From NCBI GenBank assembly GCA_965248265.1, contig CBDFJF010000002.1, forward strand, positions 2,368,001 through 2,432,000: a stretch of DNA of 64,000 bases, in the 5' to 3' direction. Origin of the DNA: Candidatus Latescibacterota bacterium. GTDB lineage: Bacteria; Latescibacterota; UBA2968; UBA8231. The position numbers and the translations under genes were made by a program. The stretch's first letter is position 1. Every line of letters starts with the position of its first letter. The notes under the pieces are model-generated. The model had not been told where the DNA came from. It worked only from the letters and a program-made list of their open reading frames with translations, and made no database searches. This document shows, piece by piece, positions 19,369 to 28,907 of the stretch.

Positions 19369-22300
19369 ATGCAGCATCGTAAGAGCCAATTCATCCGACG
19401 ATGCCACATCGTCCTCTGCCTGAGCCTGCTACGGCTCGGACCAGCAGCCGCGCAGACCCTATTCACAGACGTGACAGACCAGGTTGGTTTGGACATCTGG
19501 AGCGCTCGAAACGTGGCGTTTTGCGACTACGATAACGATGGATTCCAGGACGTGTTTCTTACTGAGAACAACCCAACCGGCGTGAGACATGTGGCCCTGT
19601 TCCACAATACGGGGAATGGCCTCTTCGTGGACCAAACCTTTCTCATCCCCGCAGATCTCCATGCTCGGAGGGGAGCCGCCGGGGCGATTTTTGGGGATTA
19701 CGACAACGACGGCGATCAGGACCTGTTCCTGCCCATTTTTCCCCACAATGCTTTGTTGCGCAACGAACAGGGCCGGTTTGTACAGGCTGAAGCCGGAACC
19801 GACCTGGCAGATAATTTGAACATAGACAATGCCATCTGGCTGGACTACGACCGGGATGGGAATCTGGATCTCTACGCCTCCTCATTTGTGTTTCGAAACT
19901 CGACTCCCAGTTCGAACCGCCTTTTCGGCAACAACGGCGATAACACCTTTACTGACCAAACGGCCGCCGCGGGTCTGGACATATTTTTCGACCCGATAGG
20001 TGGTGGATCCCGCGGAGGGATGGCGGCCGGTGATTTCAACGACGATGGATGTCCTGACCTCTACCTGGGTGTCGCCCAACACGCGAACCGCCTGTTCTTC
20101 AACGACTGTCAGGGAAGTTTTGAGGATGTCACCACCAGTGAGATTGGCGATGAGGGAGATGCGTTCACCATCACCATTGGCGACATCGATAACGATCTGG
20201 ACCTCGACATTTTCCAGGGAGCGGGAGGGTTTGACGTGGAAAGCGGATTTCGCTCTCTGTTGTTGATGAACATCGGCGACGGGCAGTTCCTGGACGTCAC
20301 CGAAAGTCTGGGCCTGGCGGGGTTGGGGATCGCTGTAGCGGGTACTGCCCTGGCAGATATCGACAATGACGGTGATCTGGATCTGTTCGTTGGATATTCG
20401 GTTGACGAGTCGGGTGCGTTCAGCTTTCTCTTTCTCAACGACGGCAAGGGCCAATTCACAGATGAGACCGCCTCTTCAGGCATTGATGCCTTCGGGGCGT
20501 ACGCCGCCTTTGGCGACTACGACGAGGATGGCTTCGTCGATCTACTGTTTGCTGAATTCGCGCCGATATCGAGGACGTCATTCTACCGCAACACCGGCAA
20601 TGACAATCACTGGCTGCGTGTAGAGGTCGTGGGCCAGACGAGCAACAGCAACGGCATCGGTGCGCGGCTCATCGCTTCCTCTGGAGACCTGGTTCAGATG
20701 CGAGAGATCTTTGGCGGCCTGGGTCGCCATCAGAACGAACCGATCGCGCACTTCGGCCTGGGATCCCGCACGCTGGTCGATCGCCTGGAAATCCGCTGGC
20801 CCTCGGGTCAGGTCGATGTGCTCACTGACATCCCCGCCGACCAGAAAATCCGCGTCATCGAAGGCGGGGACGACTACCACGTCGTCCACCCCACGGTCTG
20901 GGAGCGTCCGCCCCCTGCTCTGGCAGTGGGATCGACGGGCGAGCTGACCGCAGTGGTGCGCCCGGCCCTGTTTGAGGAGGAGGCCGAGATCACCCGAGTC
21001 ACTGCCGATCTGGGCAATGTGGGCGGCTCGATGGATGTCGCCCTCACCCCTGGAGATGATGGGACCTATCGACTGAAATCGACCTATGATGTCAGTGGTC
21101 CCAATCGGGTGGAGAGTATGTCGGTCACCATTGAACAGGCCACCTCACTCGGGCCGTATTGGACGAACCTCTCCAGCTCGATTGACCTGTGGCCGGCTGA
21201 GGACGTGGCGGTCTTCACCGATGCGGAAGCGGACAATTGGACCTCCGTCGACTGGCCGCCGGTGATCAATCTCACCAACCACCCAGCGGAGGACGGTAGT
21301 TATCCCACGTGGTCCCCGGACGGCACCCGAATCGCTTTTCGGTCGGACCGTGACGGTAATTTTGAGATCTATGTGATGGATGCGGACGGCAGCAACCCGG
21401 TCAATCTGACCGACCACTCAGCGAGTGAAAGATCCCCCGCATGGTCGCCGGACGGCACGAAGATCCTCTTCACCTCGAATCGGGATGGCAATGAGGAGGT
21501 GTATGTGATGGATGCTGATGGATCCAGTCCGACCAATTTGACGAACAACCCAGCCCTGGATGCTGGTAGACCCGCGTGGTCTCCTGACGGAACGCGCATC
21601 GCCTTTGCGTCTACACGGGATGACGATTTTGAGATCTATTCGATGGCGGCGGACGGGACGGACCAGATCAGACTGACTGACGAACCCGCGTTCGATTTGT
21701 TGCCTTCCTGGTCACCCAACGGCACCCGCATCGCTTTTCGGTCGGCTCGTGACGGTAATTCTGAGATCTACGTGATGGATGCGGACGGCAGCAACCCGGT
21801 CAATCTGACCGACCATTCAGCGAGTGATAGTGAACCTTCCTGGTCTCCGGACGGCAGCCGGATCGCCTTCAGGTCGAACCGGGATGGCAATTTGGAGATC
21901 CACGTGATGGATGCGGACGGCAGCAGCCCGGTCAGGCTGACCGATCATTCAGCGTTTGACGGCCAATCTTCCTGGTCTCCTGACGGCACCCGCATCGTGT
22001 TTCAGTCGAGTCGGGATGGCAATCGGGAGGTGTCTGTGATGGATCTCGCAGCGAAGGTCGAAATGAATCCTGCACAGCACTCCATCGTCTATCAGGGTCA
22101 AACCGCATTCGAACTGAAGACCGATGGCTTGTGGAATGTGACCTGCGTGACGGATGCGCCGCTGAGTACCGTTGGCTACGAGACCCTGCACTTTGCCTTC
22201 CATCCCGGCGATACGCACGTCTCAGATGAGAACTCGTTTCGCGTCGAGATCGGCGAGTTCACGCTCGGCGGGGTTACCATTGACGTGCTCGGGGAGGCGG

Positions 22301-22785
22301 TGGTGAGCCCCGGCATAGATCTCGAGGTACGGGACTGGCAGGTGGTCGAGCTACCGCTGGAGTCGTCCGAGCTGCTGGCGTCGATCGATCGGGTCATCTT
22401 CAGCGGCAACCTCACCGGCACATTCTATCTCGATGATATCCGACTCGTGACCGCATTTGAGCCAGCGACGGTCGTCGAGGAGGACCTATCATCTGCTCTA
22501 CCCGAAGAATTCGCTCTCCATCAGAACTTCCCCAACCCCTTCAACAGTGGCACGGTGATTCGCTACGCCCTCCCGCAACATGGTGATGTTGAGCTAACTG
22601 TCTACAACCTCCTCGGGCAGAGGGTGATGAGCCTCGTGCAAGGATCCCGGCAAGCCGGCTCCTACACCCTGCGCTGGGACGGCCGCGACTCTGGAGGCCG
22701 CGAACTGGCCAGCGGTGTATACCTGTATCGGCTACAGGGAGGAGGAGGTCTGGTGGAAACCCGGAAGATGCTGTTGGTACGCTGA
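19369..22785 (+). CDS. Secreted FG-GAP/ASPIC-UnbV protein with TolB-like PD40 propeller and C-terminal FlgD-Ig-like domain
   Basis: Signal peptide (..PAAAQ), repeated DYDNDGDxDL, NHWLRV..HFGLG..IRWPSG, six WSPDG repeats, QNFPNPFN..WDGRD..ASGVYLY. Confidence 0.9.
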   Translation: MQHRKSQFIRRCHIVLCLSLLRLGPAAAQTLFTDVTDQVGLDIWSARNVAFCDYDNDGFQDVFLTENNPTGVRHVALFHNTGNGLFVDQTFLIPADLHARRGAAGAIFGDYDNDGDQDLFLPIFPHNALLRNEQGRFVQAEAGTDLADNLNIDNAIWLDYDRDGNLDLYASSFVFRNSTPSSNRLFGNNGDNTFTDQTAAAGLDIFFDPIGGGSRGGMAAGDFNDDGCPDLYLGVAQHANRLFFNDCQGSFEDVTTSEIGDEGDAFTITIGDIDNDLDLDIFQGAGGFDVESGFRSLLLMNIGDGQFLDVTESLGLAGLGIAVAGTALADIDNDGDLDLFVGYSVDESGAFSFLFLNDGKGQFTDETASSGIDAFGAYAAFGDYDEDGFVDLLFAEFAPISRTSFYRNTGNDNHWLRVEVVGQTSNSNGIGARLIASSGDLVQMREIFGGLGRHQNEPIAHFGLGSRTLVDRLEIRWPSGQVDVLTDIPADQKIRVIEGGDDYHVVHPTVWERPPPALAVGSTGELTAVVRPALFEEEAEITRVTADLGNVGGSMDVALTPGDDGTYRLKSTYDVSGPNRVESMSVTIEQATSLGPYWTNLSSSIDLWPAEDVAVFTDAEADNWTSVDWPPVINLTNHPAEDGSYPTWSPDGTRIAFRSDRDGNFEIYVMDADGSNPVNLTDHSASERSPAWSPDGTKILFTSNRDGNEEVYVMDADGSSPTNLTNNPALDAGRPAWSPDGTRIAFASTRDDDFEIYSMAADGTDQIRLTDEPAFDLLPSWSPNGTRIAFRSARDGNSEIYVMDADGSNPVNLTDHSASDSEPSWSPDGSRIAFRSNRDGNLEIHVMDADGSSPVRLTDHSAFDGQSSWSPDGTRIVFQSSRDGNREVSVMDLAAKVEMNPAQHSIVYQGQTAFELKTDGLWNVTCVTDAPLSTVGYETLHFAFHPGDTHVSDENSFRVEIGEFTLGGVTIDVLGEAVVSPGIDLEVRDWQVVELPLESSELLASIDRVIFSGNLTGTFYLDDIRLVTAFEPATVVEEDLSSALPEEFALHQNFPNPFNSGTVIRYALPQHGDVELTVYNLLGQRVMSLVQGSRQAGSYTLRWDGRDSGGRELASGVYLYRLQGGGGLVETRKMLLVR
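21268..22047 (+). repeat. Six ~132-bp intragenic PD40 repeats
   Basis: NLTxH..WSPDGTRIAFRSxRDGNxEIYVMDADGS; repeats 1, 4 and 5 are near-identical at DNA level. Confidence 0.9.
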
Positions 22786-23160
22786 CGCCCCATGAGTTGC
22801 TAGAAACTGGCCGCCCTCGTACCGCCGCCACGGCTCAACCTGATACGCTACCACGGAATCCTGGCATCCAGCGCCCGAGATCGCGCCAAGATCGTGCCCG
22901 GACGCGCAAACGAGCCAGCACAGTCCGAGTCGACCCATCAGCCCTGTCCTGGTGCCAATTGCTGGCGCGGGTGTTTTCGATTGACGTTACCGAGTGCCCG
23001 GACTGCGGTGGGCAAATGAGAAGGAAGTTTGCCTTCGGCAAACTTTGAGAGACCGGTCATCAGACCGGTCTCCATCATCGCTGCCCTGACGGACCGCGCC
23101 TCGATTCGAACTTACCTTGAGGGCGTCGGCCTGCCCGCTCGGCCACCACCCATCGCACCG
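22782..23160 (+). mobile_element. IS91-family (Y2 HUH) transposase C-terminal remnant, frameshifted
   Basis: LTPHELLE/KLAALVPPPRLNLIRYHGILA, WCQLLARVFSIDVTECPDCGGQM and IIAALTDRASIRTYLEGVGLPARPPPIAP in successive frames. Confidence 0.8.
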
Positions 23161-23202
23161 GACATTTTCACGGAAGTAGTATCTCATCGCCCACTGACGA
23201 CA

Positions 23203-24153
23203 TTACGAACGCCCGCCGAGGTGACGGTGAAACCAGTCTCGTGTGCGGCGCCACATCTCATCCGACAGCACGTGGCCGGTGTCCGCTTCTATGAAATGAC
23301 TGAAACGGTCCTTGGCACCCGCCTTGGCATAGGCTCGGCGGATTGTCTCGACTCCAGAGCGCACTTCGTCAATCGGGCTGCCCCCGTCCCGATCGCCGAA
23401 ATTCAGGTGTAAGGCTCGTGGGGCGATCAGGCCGACCAGGTCCGGCGTGTCCCCATATCGAGACAGACCGGGGATGAAGTTGGGGAAACAGTGTAGCAGG
23501 TGCATGCGTTGGATGGCGGCGTAAGCGGGCAGACAGCAGTTGCCGACCAGGCACTTGAGCCGCGGCTCCCAGGGACCCACGAGCCAGGTGTGGGTCGATC
23601 CCATGGAATGGCCGTAGCACCCCAATCGCTCCGGGTTGACTTCGGGCCTGCCCGACAAGTAGTCTACGGCTCGCCGCATATCGAGAATGTTCTTCCAAGC
23701 CATGGACTTGCCGGCCACGACGTATCGCAGGAATTCGAACTGTTCATAGCTGCCCCCTTCGAGATGTTCGCTCTGCCGTTCCTCAAAGCAAAGGGCGTCG
23801 GGACAAAGGACCACATAACCTTCTCGTGCCAACGCCACACCGGTGTGGTGCATCGGGTTGCCGGACAAACCCGCAGGTTCGCTTTTTCCCAGATGCCACT
23901 GGCCGTTGTGTTGGTGCCAGATACAGATCCCCGCTGCCGGTCGATCGGCAGTCGCGCGGTCGGGAACCAGCAACAAAGCGGGCACGCGGTCGCCCGGTTC
24001 GACCTCGTACGTCAGCGACTCGATGCGATAACCGTCTTTCGTCGTCGTCGCTTTCAACTGAGGTTTCAAGTCACACGGTTCGGGCCAGGAGCCGCCCAGG
24101 CATTGAAGCGCCCTGTCGCGAAAGTCCGTATCCTGAGTGCTTCTTGCGGTGAT
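23203..24153 (-). CDS. Dienelactone hydrolase-like alpha/beta hydrolase
   Basis: GHSMG nucleophile, LIAPR, GH; the frame is open upstream of the TTG at 24069 up to an RBS-preceded ATC at 24153 (start uncertain). Confidence 0.85.
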   Translation of the reverse strand: MTARSTQDTDFRDRALQCLGGSWPEPCDLKPQLKATTTKDGYRIESLTYEVEPGDRVPALLLVPDRATADRPAAGICIWHQHNGQWHLGKSEPAGLSGNPMHHTGVALAREGYVVLCPDALCFEERQSEHLEGGSYEQFEFLRYVVAGKSMAWKNILDMRRAVDYLSGRPEVNPERLGCYGHSMGSTHTWLVGPWEPRLKCLVGNCCLPAYAAIQRMHLLHCFPNFIPGLSRYGDTPDLVGLIAPRALHLNFGDRDGGSPIDEVRSGVETIRRAYAKAGAKDRFSHFIEADTGHVLSDEMWRRTRDWFHRHLGGRS

Positions 24154-24217
24154 GGCAATTGTCCTTTCGAAGCCGATCGCGAAAGATGCGGCCGCATGGC
24201 CCGGGCAGCCAGAGCGA

Positions 24218-25081
24218 TCAGCGGCGCGCTAGGCAGTACTCGTACAACCCGCTGCAGTTCAAAATGGGGACACCGTTAGCCTTGGCAACTTCGATCAACC
24301 CGTCCAGGTGTACCATCTCCGGGTCGAAGCGGTATATCGACCACGGGTGATAGGCGGGCGCATAGACGAGCTCGTTGTCTATCGCATACTGGAATTCTCG
24401 TGCACGCGCGGCATAACCCTCCTCGATCGTCTCGGGGATCTTTTCGAGCAAGGTGCCGTCCGGGAAACCGACCTGCGGCTCGAAGTCGTCGCTCTGACCG
24501 CCCGTGTTGAACAGCATATTACAGTGCCAGCCGGTGATCGGCTCTTCCAGCAGGTCGGGGAAGCCGTCGTCGGCGTACCAGTACGGCTGCGTGAATGGCG
24601 CCGGCATGGGTTGTTCCGGCGGACCCACGCCGTCGGTGCCGATGAAGCGGTATCCCTCCTCCGACATTACCTGCAGGAGGTCGGGGCGGCCTTTCAGTCC
24701 TCGATGGAAATTGCCCGGCGCGCACATGCCGATCGGTTTCTCACCGAAGAATTCCACGATGCGGTCGGATGCCGTCCGCAGCTCCCTGCGCAGCGTATCG
24801 GGTGCCTCCGGTCCATCGTTTTTTAGACATACGTGGTGGTAGGAGTGGGACTGCACCTCGACGAGCGGCGAGCGCCTGAGGATGGAGGCGAGGCGGTCGC
24901 CCGCTTTTTCGAGCAGCAAACCCACGACGAAGAACGTCGCCGGCACGTTGTGTCTCTCGACAGCTCTGCATATCGCCGTGACCGCGGCGACGGCTTCGTC
25001 GATCCACTTGCTCCAGTTCACCTCGGTCTGCTCGCCGCCCAGTGCGTAACCGCTCTCCAGATCGAATCTCAGAATGAACAT
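24218..25081 (-). CDS. Polysaccharide deacetylase (NodB-like) family protein
   Basis: RFDLE, ATFFVVG, SHSYHH, YHPW; RBS GGAGG before 25081. Confidence 0.85.
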   Translation of the reverse strand: MFILRFDLESGYALGGEQTEVNWSKWIDEAVAAVTAICRAVERHNVPATFFVVGLLLEKAGDRLASILRRSPLVEVQSHSYHHVCLKNDGPEAPDTLRRELRTASDRIVEFFGEKPIGMCAPGNFHRGLKGRPDLLQVMSEEGYRFIGTDGVGPPEQPMPAPFTQPYWYADDGFPDLLEEPITGWHCNMLFNTGGQSDDFEPQVGFPDGTLLEKIPETIEEGYAARAREFQYAIDNELVYAPAYHPWSIYRFDPEMVHLDGLIEVAKANGVPILNCSGLYEYCLARR

Positions 25082-25345
25082 GCGGCCTCCTGACTCAAGC
25101 TTCGAAGGCGTACTCTCAAGTTCAGAGGGATGTGATCGGGAAATCGTCGCTCGTGGAAGCATGAAAACAGCTCACTCCGCAATTCGTCGACCCTGGTCAT
25201 TTCTCTTCCGCTGCTCAATGGTAGTTTCTTCAGGCTGCTAGCGTTCATCAAACACCTGGAACAGCGCAATGTCAAGAGCAAAAGAGCCAGCAGTAGTCGG
25301 ATTCGGCCTCTGACGGTCAGCGGCCAGCGCCTATACTCCCCGAAC

Positions 25346-25420
25346 ATGAACGGCCTCTCCTTCACTGCCCGCGTCCCCGTCTTCGACGCGAATGTGGGCG
25401 TCGGCCACTTGGACGACTGA
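25346..25420 (+). pseudogene. Short N-terminal fragment, amidohydrolase-like
   Basis: MNGLSFTARVPVFDANVGVGHLDD then stop. Confidence 0.35.
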
Positions 25421-25506
25421 CGCTACCTGAGCAAGTTGTCATGCTGTTCGGCGATATTAAACGGTCACTGCACAGTGCCGGCATACGAGGAAGGCACCAG
25501 CATTCT

Positions 25507-25712
25507 GCACGCATCCAACGACTGGACCAATCCCGACAACCCGCGCTGTGCGGTGTTCAACTGCTACAAACTCCATCTGGTCTCAGCGGCGCCGGCTCAA
25601 CGGGGCACACGAGGTCATCGAGGCGATGCCGCCAAAGCGAAGAACCCTTTTCAGGGGGACGTGGGAGTTGGGCGGTAACACGGAATACTCGTCAGAGAAT
25701 CGGGCGTTGTAA
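25507..25712 (+). pseudogene. 3' fragment duplicating the end of the PhyH gene (18176-18380)
   Basis: High DNA similarity up to the same TAA stop; an extra A near 25570 shifts the frame. Confidence 0.9.
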
Positions 25713-25757
25713 GACTGGCGTGAGACCGTAAACGACAGCGAGAGAGAGTGAGACAGG

Positions 25758-26555
25758 ATGAAAATAGGAGTGTACGCGTCCATGTTCGGTGGTGACGATC
25801 CCCCCACCCTGGAATCGGTAGAGAGCTACATCGACTACGCCGGGGAGCTGAAGGTGGAGGTCATCGACATGCGCGGTAAACGGGGCTTCGAATCCCACGA
25901 CCATGACTACCTGCTCGGGATCAAGATGCGCTGTCTGCGCGCCGGCCTTGCCGTCGGTTACGTGGCCTCGGGTGGTCCCCTGTTAGGCACCGACGAGGAA
26001 GTCGAGGCGAAGATAGCACAGACACGGGCGGATGCGGAGGTCGCCTCCTTCCTGGGTGCTCCAATGATCCGCGTGTTCTGTGGCAAGGCGCCCGAGGACG
26101 ATGAGGAGAAGGAGCGCGAGATTCGGCATCTGCAGCGGGCTTGTGACCTGGCTGTGGAAGTGGGGATTGCCGTCGGTCTGCAGAACCATCCGTCAACTGG
26201 TGACGACATCCTGCGCATGTGCGAGCAGACGGACCGGGACAACTTCACCGTGATCATGGATACAGGGCAGTGGGAGGGTTCTCCGGGTCGCAACAAGGGT
26301 ATTGGCGATCCCGCTCATGACATCTATAAATACATGGAACAGACTGCCGCGCTCACCTCACATGTGCGGGCAAAGTTCTACAAGATCGACAGCGGCAGAG
26401 AAGAATGGCTCGATTACGAACGCATCATAGGCATCCTGAAAGACGCGGACTTCAATGGCACGGTGGGTGTGGTGTACGAGGGCAAAGACATCAACAACTG
26501 TGATGACAAGGAAGTAATCCGGTTAGCGGTCCAGCACCTGCGCGATCTGATATAG
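25758..26555 (+). CDS. Sugar phosphate isomerase/epimerase TIM barrel, paralog 4
   Basis: LQNHP, MDTGQW, RAKFYKID..WLDY. Confidence 0.88.
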   Translation: MKIGVYASMFGGDDPPTLESVESYIDYAGELKVEVIDMRGKRGFESHDHDYLLGIKMRCLRAGLAVGYVASGGPLLGTDEEVEAKIAQTRADAEVASFLGAPMIRVFCGKAPEDDEEKEREIRHLQRACDLAVEVGIAVGLQNHPSTGDDILRMCEQTDRDNFTVIMDTGQWEGSPGRNKGIGDPAHDIYKYMEQTAALTSHVRAKFYKIDSGREEWLDYERIIGILKDADFNGTVGVVYEGKDINNCDDKEVIRLAVQHLRDLI

Positions 26556-26599
26556 CGCCGGCTACTCAGACGAGGTGCTTGTGGTGCGGCCATTGTCGG

Positions 26600-27475
26600 T
26601 CATGATGCCTCCGGCGCGGAGTACCTGGCCTCCCAGGCTCTGGCCTCGGGGAAGCCGATGAGTTCGTCCAGTTCATTGAAATCCGCCATCTCGTGGGGGG
26701 CCGCCTGCGTGGTACCCGTCTCTTTCAAGGCAGTCAGGGTTTTCTGAATAGTCCGGATGCACCGCAGGATGAGGGAGTGGGGGTAGGCGGCAATGCTGAA
26801 ACCCATACCTTCGAGCTCGCCGGTTGTATGGAACGGCGTTTTTCCACCTTCGATCATGTTGGCCATGGTCGGAACTCCGAATGAGTCGGCCGCTGCCTTG
26901 AGCTCCTCGTCCGTGGTCGGGGCTTCGAGAAAAACGACGTCGGCCCCGGCTTTCTCGTAGAGCTTGCCCCGTCGCACCGCTTCCTCAAAACCCAGAACCG
27001 CAATGGCATCGGTGCGTGCGACAATCAAGAAATCGTCGCTACGCCGAGAGGCGACAGCGGCTTCAATTTTCAGCGCCATTTCTTGTGCTGTGACGAGGCG
27101 CTTGCCAGGTGTGTGGCCACATTTTTTCGGCATTTCCTGATCTTCGACCTGAATGGCCTGGGCCCCAGCCTGCTCGTACTCCTGCACCGTCCGCCGCATG
27201 TTGAGCGCGTTTCCGTACCCGGTGTCGCCATCGGCCAGGATCGGCAGGCTGACGCAACGAACCAGATTGTGAACCCGCTCCAGCATCTCGGAGAACGTGG
27301 CCAGTCCGGCGTCGGGCACACCGACGTGGGAAGCCACGTGGGCGTAACCGCCCAGGTACACGGCATCAAAACCGGCCTGCTCGATGAGTTTGGCTGAAAT
27401 CATGTCATAACAGCAGGGTGCGACCAGGATTTGATCTCGCGCCAGCAGTTGCTTCAGTGTCATCTGATTGTCCAT
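26600..27475 (-). CDS. Isocitrate lyase/PEP mutase family enzyme (methylisocitrate lyase/oxaloacetate decarboxylase-like)
   Basis: DGDTGYG, EDQEMPKKCGH, VARTDA, ANMIEGGKTP. Confidence 0.92.
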   Translation of the reverse strand: MDNQMTLKQLLARDQILVAPCCYDMISAKLIEQAGFDAVYLGGYAHVASHVGVPDAGLATFSEMLERVHNLVRCVSLPILADGDTGYGNALNMRRTVQEYEQAGAQAIQVEDQEMPKKCGHTPGKRLVTAQEMALKIEAAVASRRSDDFLIVARTDAIAVLGFEEAVRRGKLYEKAGADVVFLEAPTTDEELKAAADSFGVPTMANMIEGGKTPFHTTGELEGMGFSIAAYPHSLILRCIRTIQKTLTALKETGTTQAAPHEMADFNELDELIGFPEARAWEARYSAPEAS

Positions 27476-27569
27476 AGCGTTGGTGTAGCTTTTCAATAGT
27501 CGGCTGTGCAGACGGGGAACAAGGATAAACGGCATCGTCGGTAGTGTCACGGGCTCGCAGGCCCGCCGG

Positions 27570-28769
27570 CTAAACGATGTCCGGCGCCAGCGGATCGATA
27601 CTGGCACCCGTAGGTCGTTCGCCTCGCGGACGGAAGGGCATCAGGTCATACGATTGGTAGCGGATCTCTCCCAACTCGGCGCTGGTGTCGATGATGCGGT
27701 GACCTTCGTGCCGCGAGTTCATGACCGCATCGATAACGCCGGTCGTCAACAGGGTCCTTTCGGGCGGGTAGGGGGCGACGCCGGTTTTCAGGAACTGTTC
27801 GACGTTCTGGCACAGATAGCCGAAGTGGGCGAATGGACCCTCGTTCTGCAGGTAGAACTCGACGGCGTCCACATGCCCATCGCGACGGCGGGCGGCGTAG
27901 GCGAACTCCTGGACCATCCCGTCGAGATGCAGCACGGTACCCTGCAGTCCGTCCGCGTAGCGCACGAGAAAGACGGCCGGTTTCTCGCAGTCAGCAGGAT
28001 CGTCCGAGCTCTTGTGCTCGCAAAGCCCCAGGGCGGCGGCGGCCAGGTCGCCAGGCCATTCGCCCCGGTCACGGGCGTGCCATACGTCGTCACCTTCCAG
28101 ACACTGCACTGACACGACACCGGATTCACCCCCCTTCCGTCGCTCCACCATGCACTGCATCGTCTCCAACGCGTGGAAACCGTAGGCCTCGATACTTCCG
28201 TAACTGATCGCCAATGCCTCATCTAATTCGATGGAGTCCTTGTCGTAGTCCAACCAGGGATGCCGCCAGCACAAGGGCAGTGAGGATCCGGCCATCAGCG
28301 GGATCTTCAGCTCGGCGGCGCGATCCCACATCCAGCGGGCATCGGCGAAGCTGTAGGCCAGGTGCTTGTCATTGAAGACCGGCACGTTGCGGCCGCTCTC
28401 GGCGAACACGCCGGCGATCTGCTCGAAGAAATAGCGCCGCGGGTACATATGGCGCTGCCGTTCGTTCCAGGGATAGTCACCGTGTTCACCGATGAGGAGG
28501 ACGCCATCGACATTGAGCTGGTTGCTGCCCGCGTGCAGGGCGCGGCGGATGCTGGGGTAGACAGGCACGTCAAATTGCTCGGCAATGTCCAGACCGATGT
28601 CATTCTCCAGGGCGTGATCCAGGTAGATGGAGACGACCTCGAGATCGTCGAACGCGTACCGGCCTTCGTCAATCGATGCGCCCTTGAGGAACTTGGTGAC
28701 GATGACGTCGGCGTGAGACTTGGGATGGTAGATGGTGATGATGGCGGCGACGCGCAGGCGATCGGTCAT
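27570..28769 (-). CDS. Conserved hypothetical oxidoreductase-like protein (Gfo/Idh/MocA-related)
   Basis: VDGVLLIGEHGDYP, VFNDKHL, MAGSSLP, YGFHALE; RBS AGGAG. Confidence 0.75.
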   Translation of the reverse strand: MTDRLRVAAIITIYHPKSHADVIVTKFLKGASIDEGRYAFDDLEVVSIYLDHALENDIGLDIAEQFDVPVYPSIRRALHAGSNQLNVDGVLLIGEHGDYPWNERQRHMYPRRYFFEQIAGVFAESGRNVPVFNDKHLAYSFADARWMWDRAAELKIPLMAGSSLPLCWRHPWLDYDKDSIELDEALAISYGSIEAYGFHALETMQCMVERRKGGESGVVSVQCLEGDDVWHARDRGEWPGDLAAAALGLCEHKSSDDPADCEKPAVFLVRYADGLQGTVLHLDGMVQEFAYAARRRDGHVDAVEFYLQNEGPFAHFGYLCQNVEQFLKTGVAPYPPERTLLTTGVIDAVMNSRHEGHRIIDTSAELGEIRYQSYDLMPFRPRGERPTGASIDPLAPDIV

Positions 28770-28907
28770 GGGTGGACTCCTGATATCTATGGCGCCGGGC
28801 CCTTCAACTCAATCGGTATGACTCTTGATCCTTACTGGTGACCACGGTAGACTGCAAACGCCGCCCCGAAGTGTCAATCATGTCAACGGCAACCGGAGGA
28901 GCCAGCA

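Noticed and set aside
21268-22047. DGR template/variable repeat pair
   Set aside because: The repeats are in-frame propeller blades, differences are not adenine-specific, and no reverse transcriptase is present.
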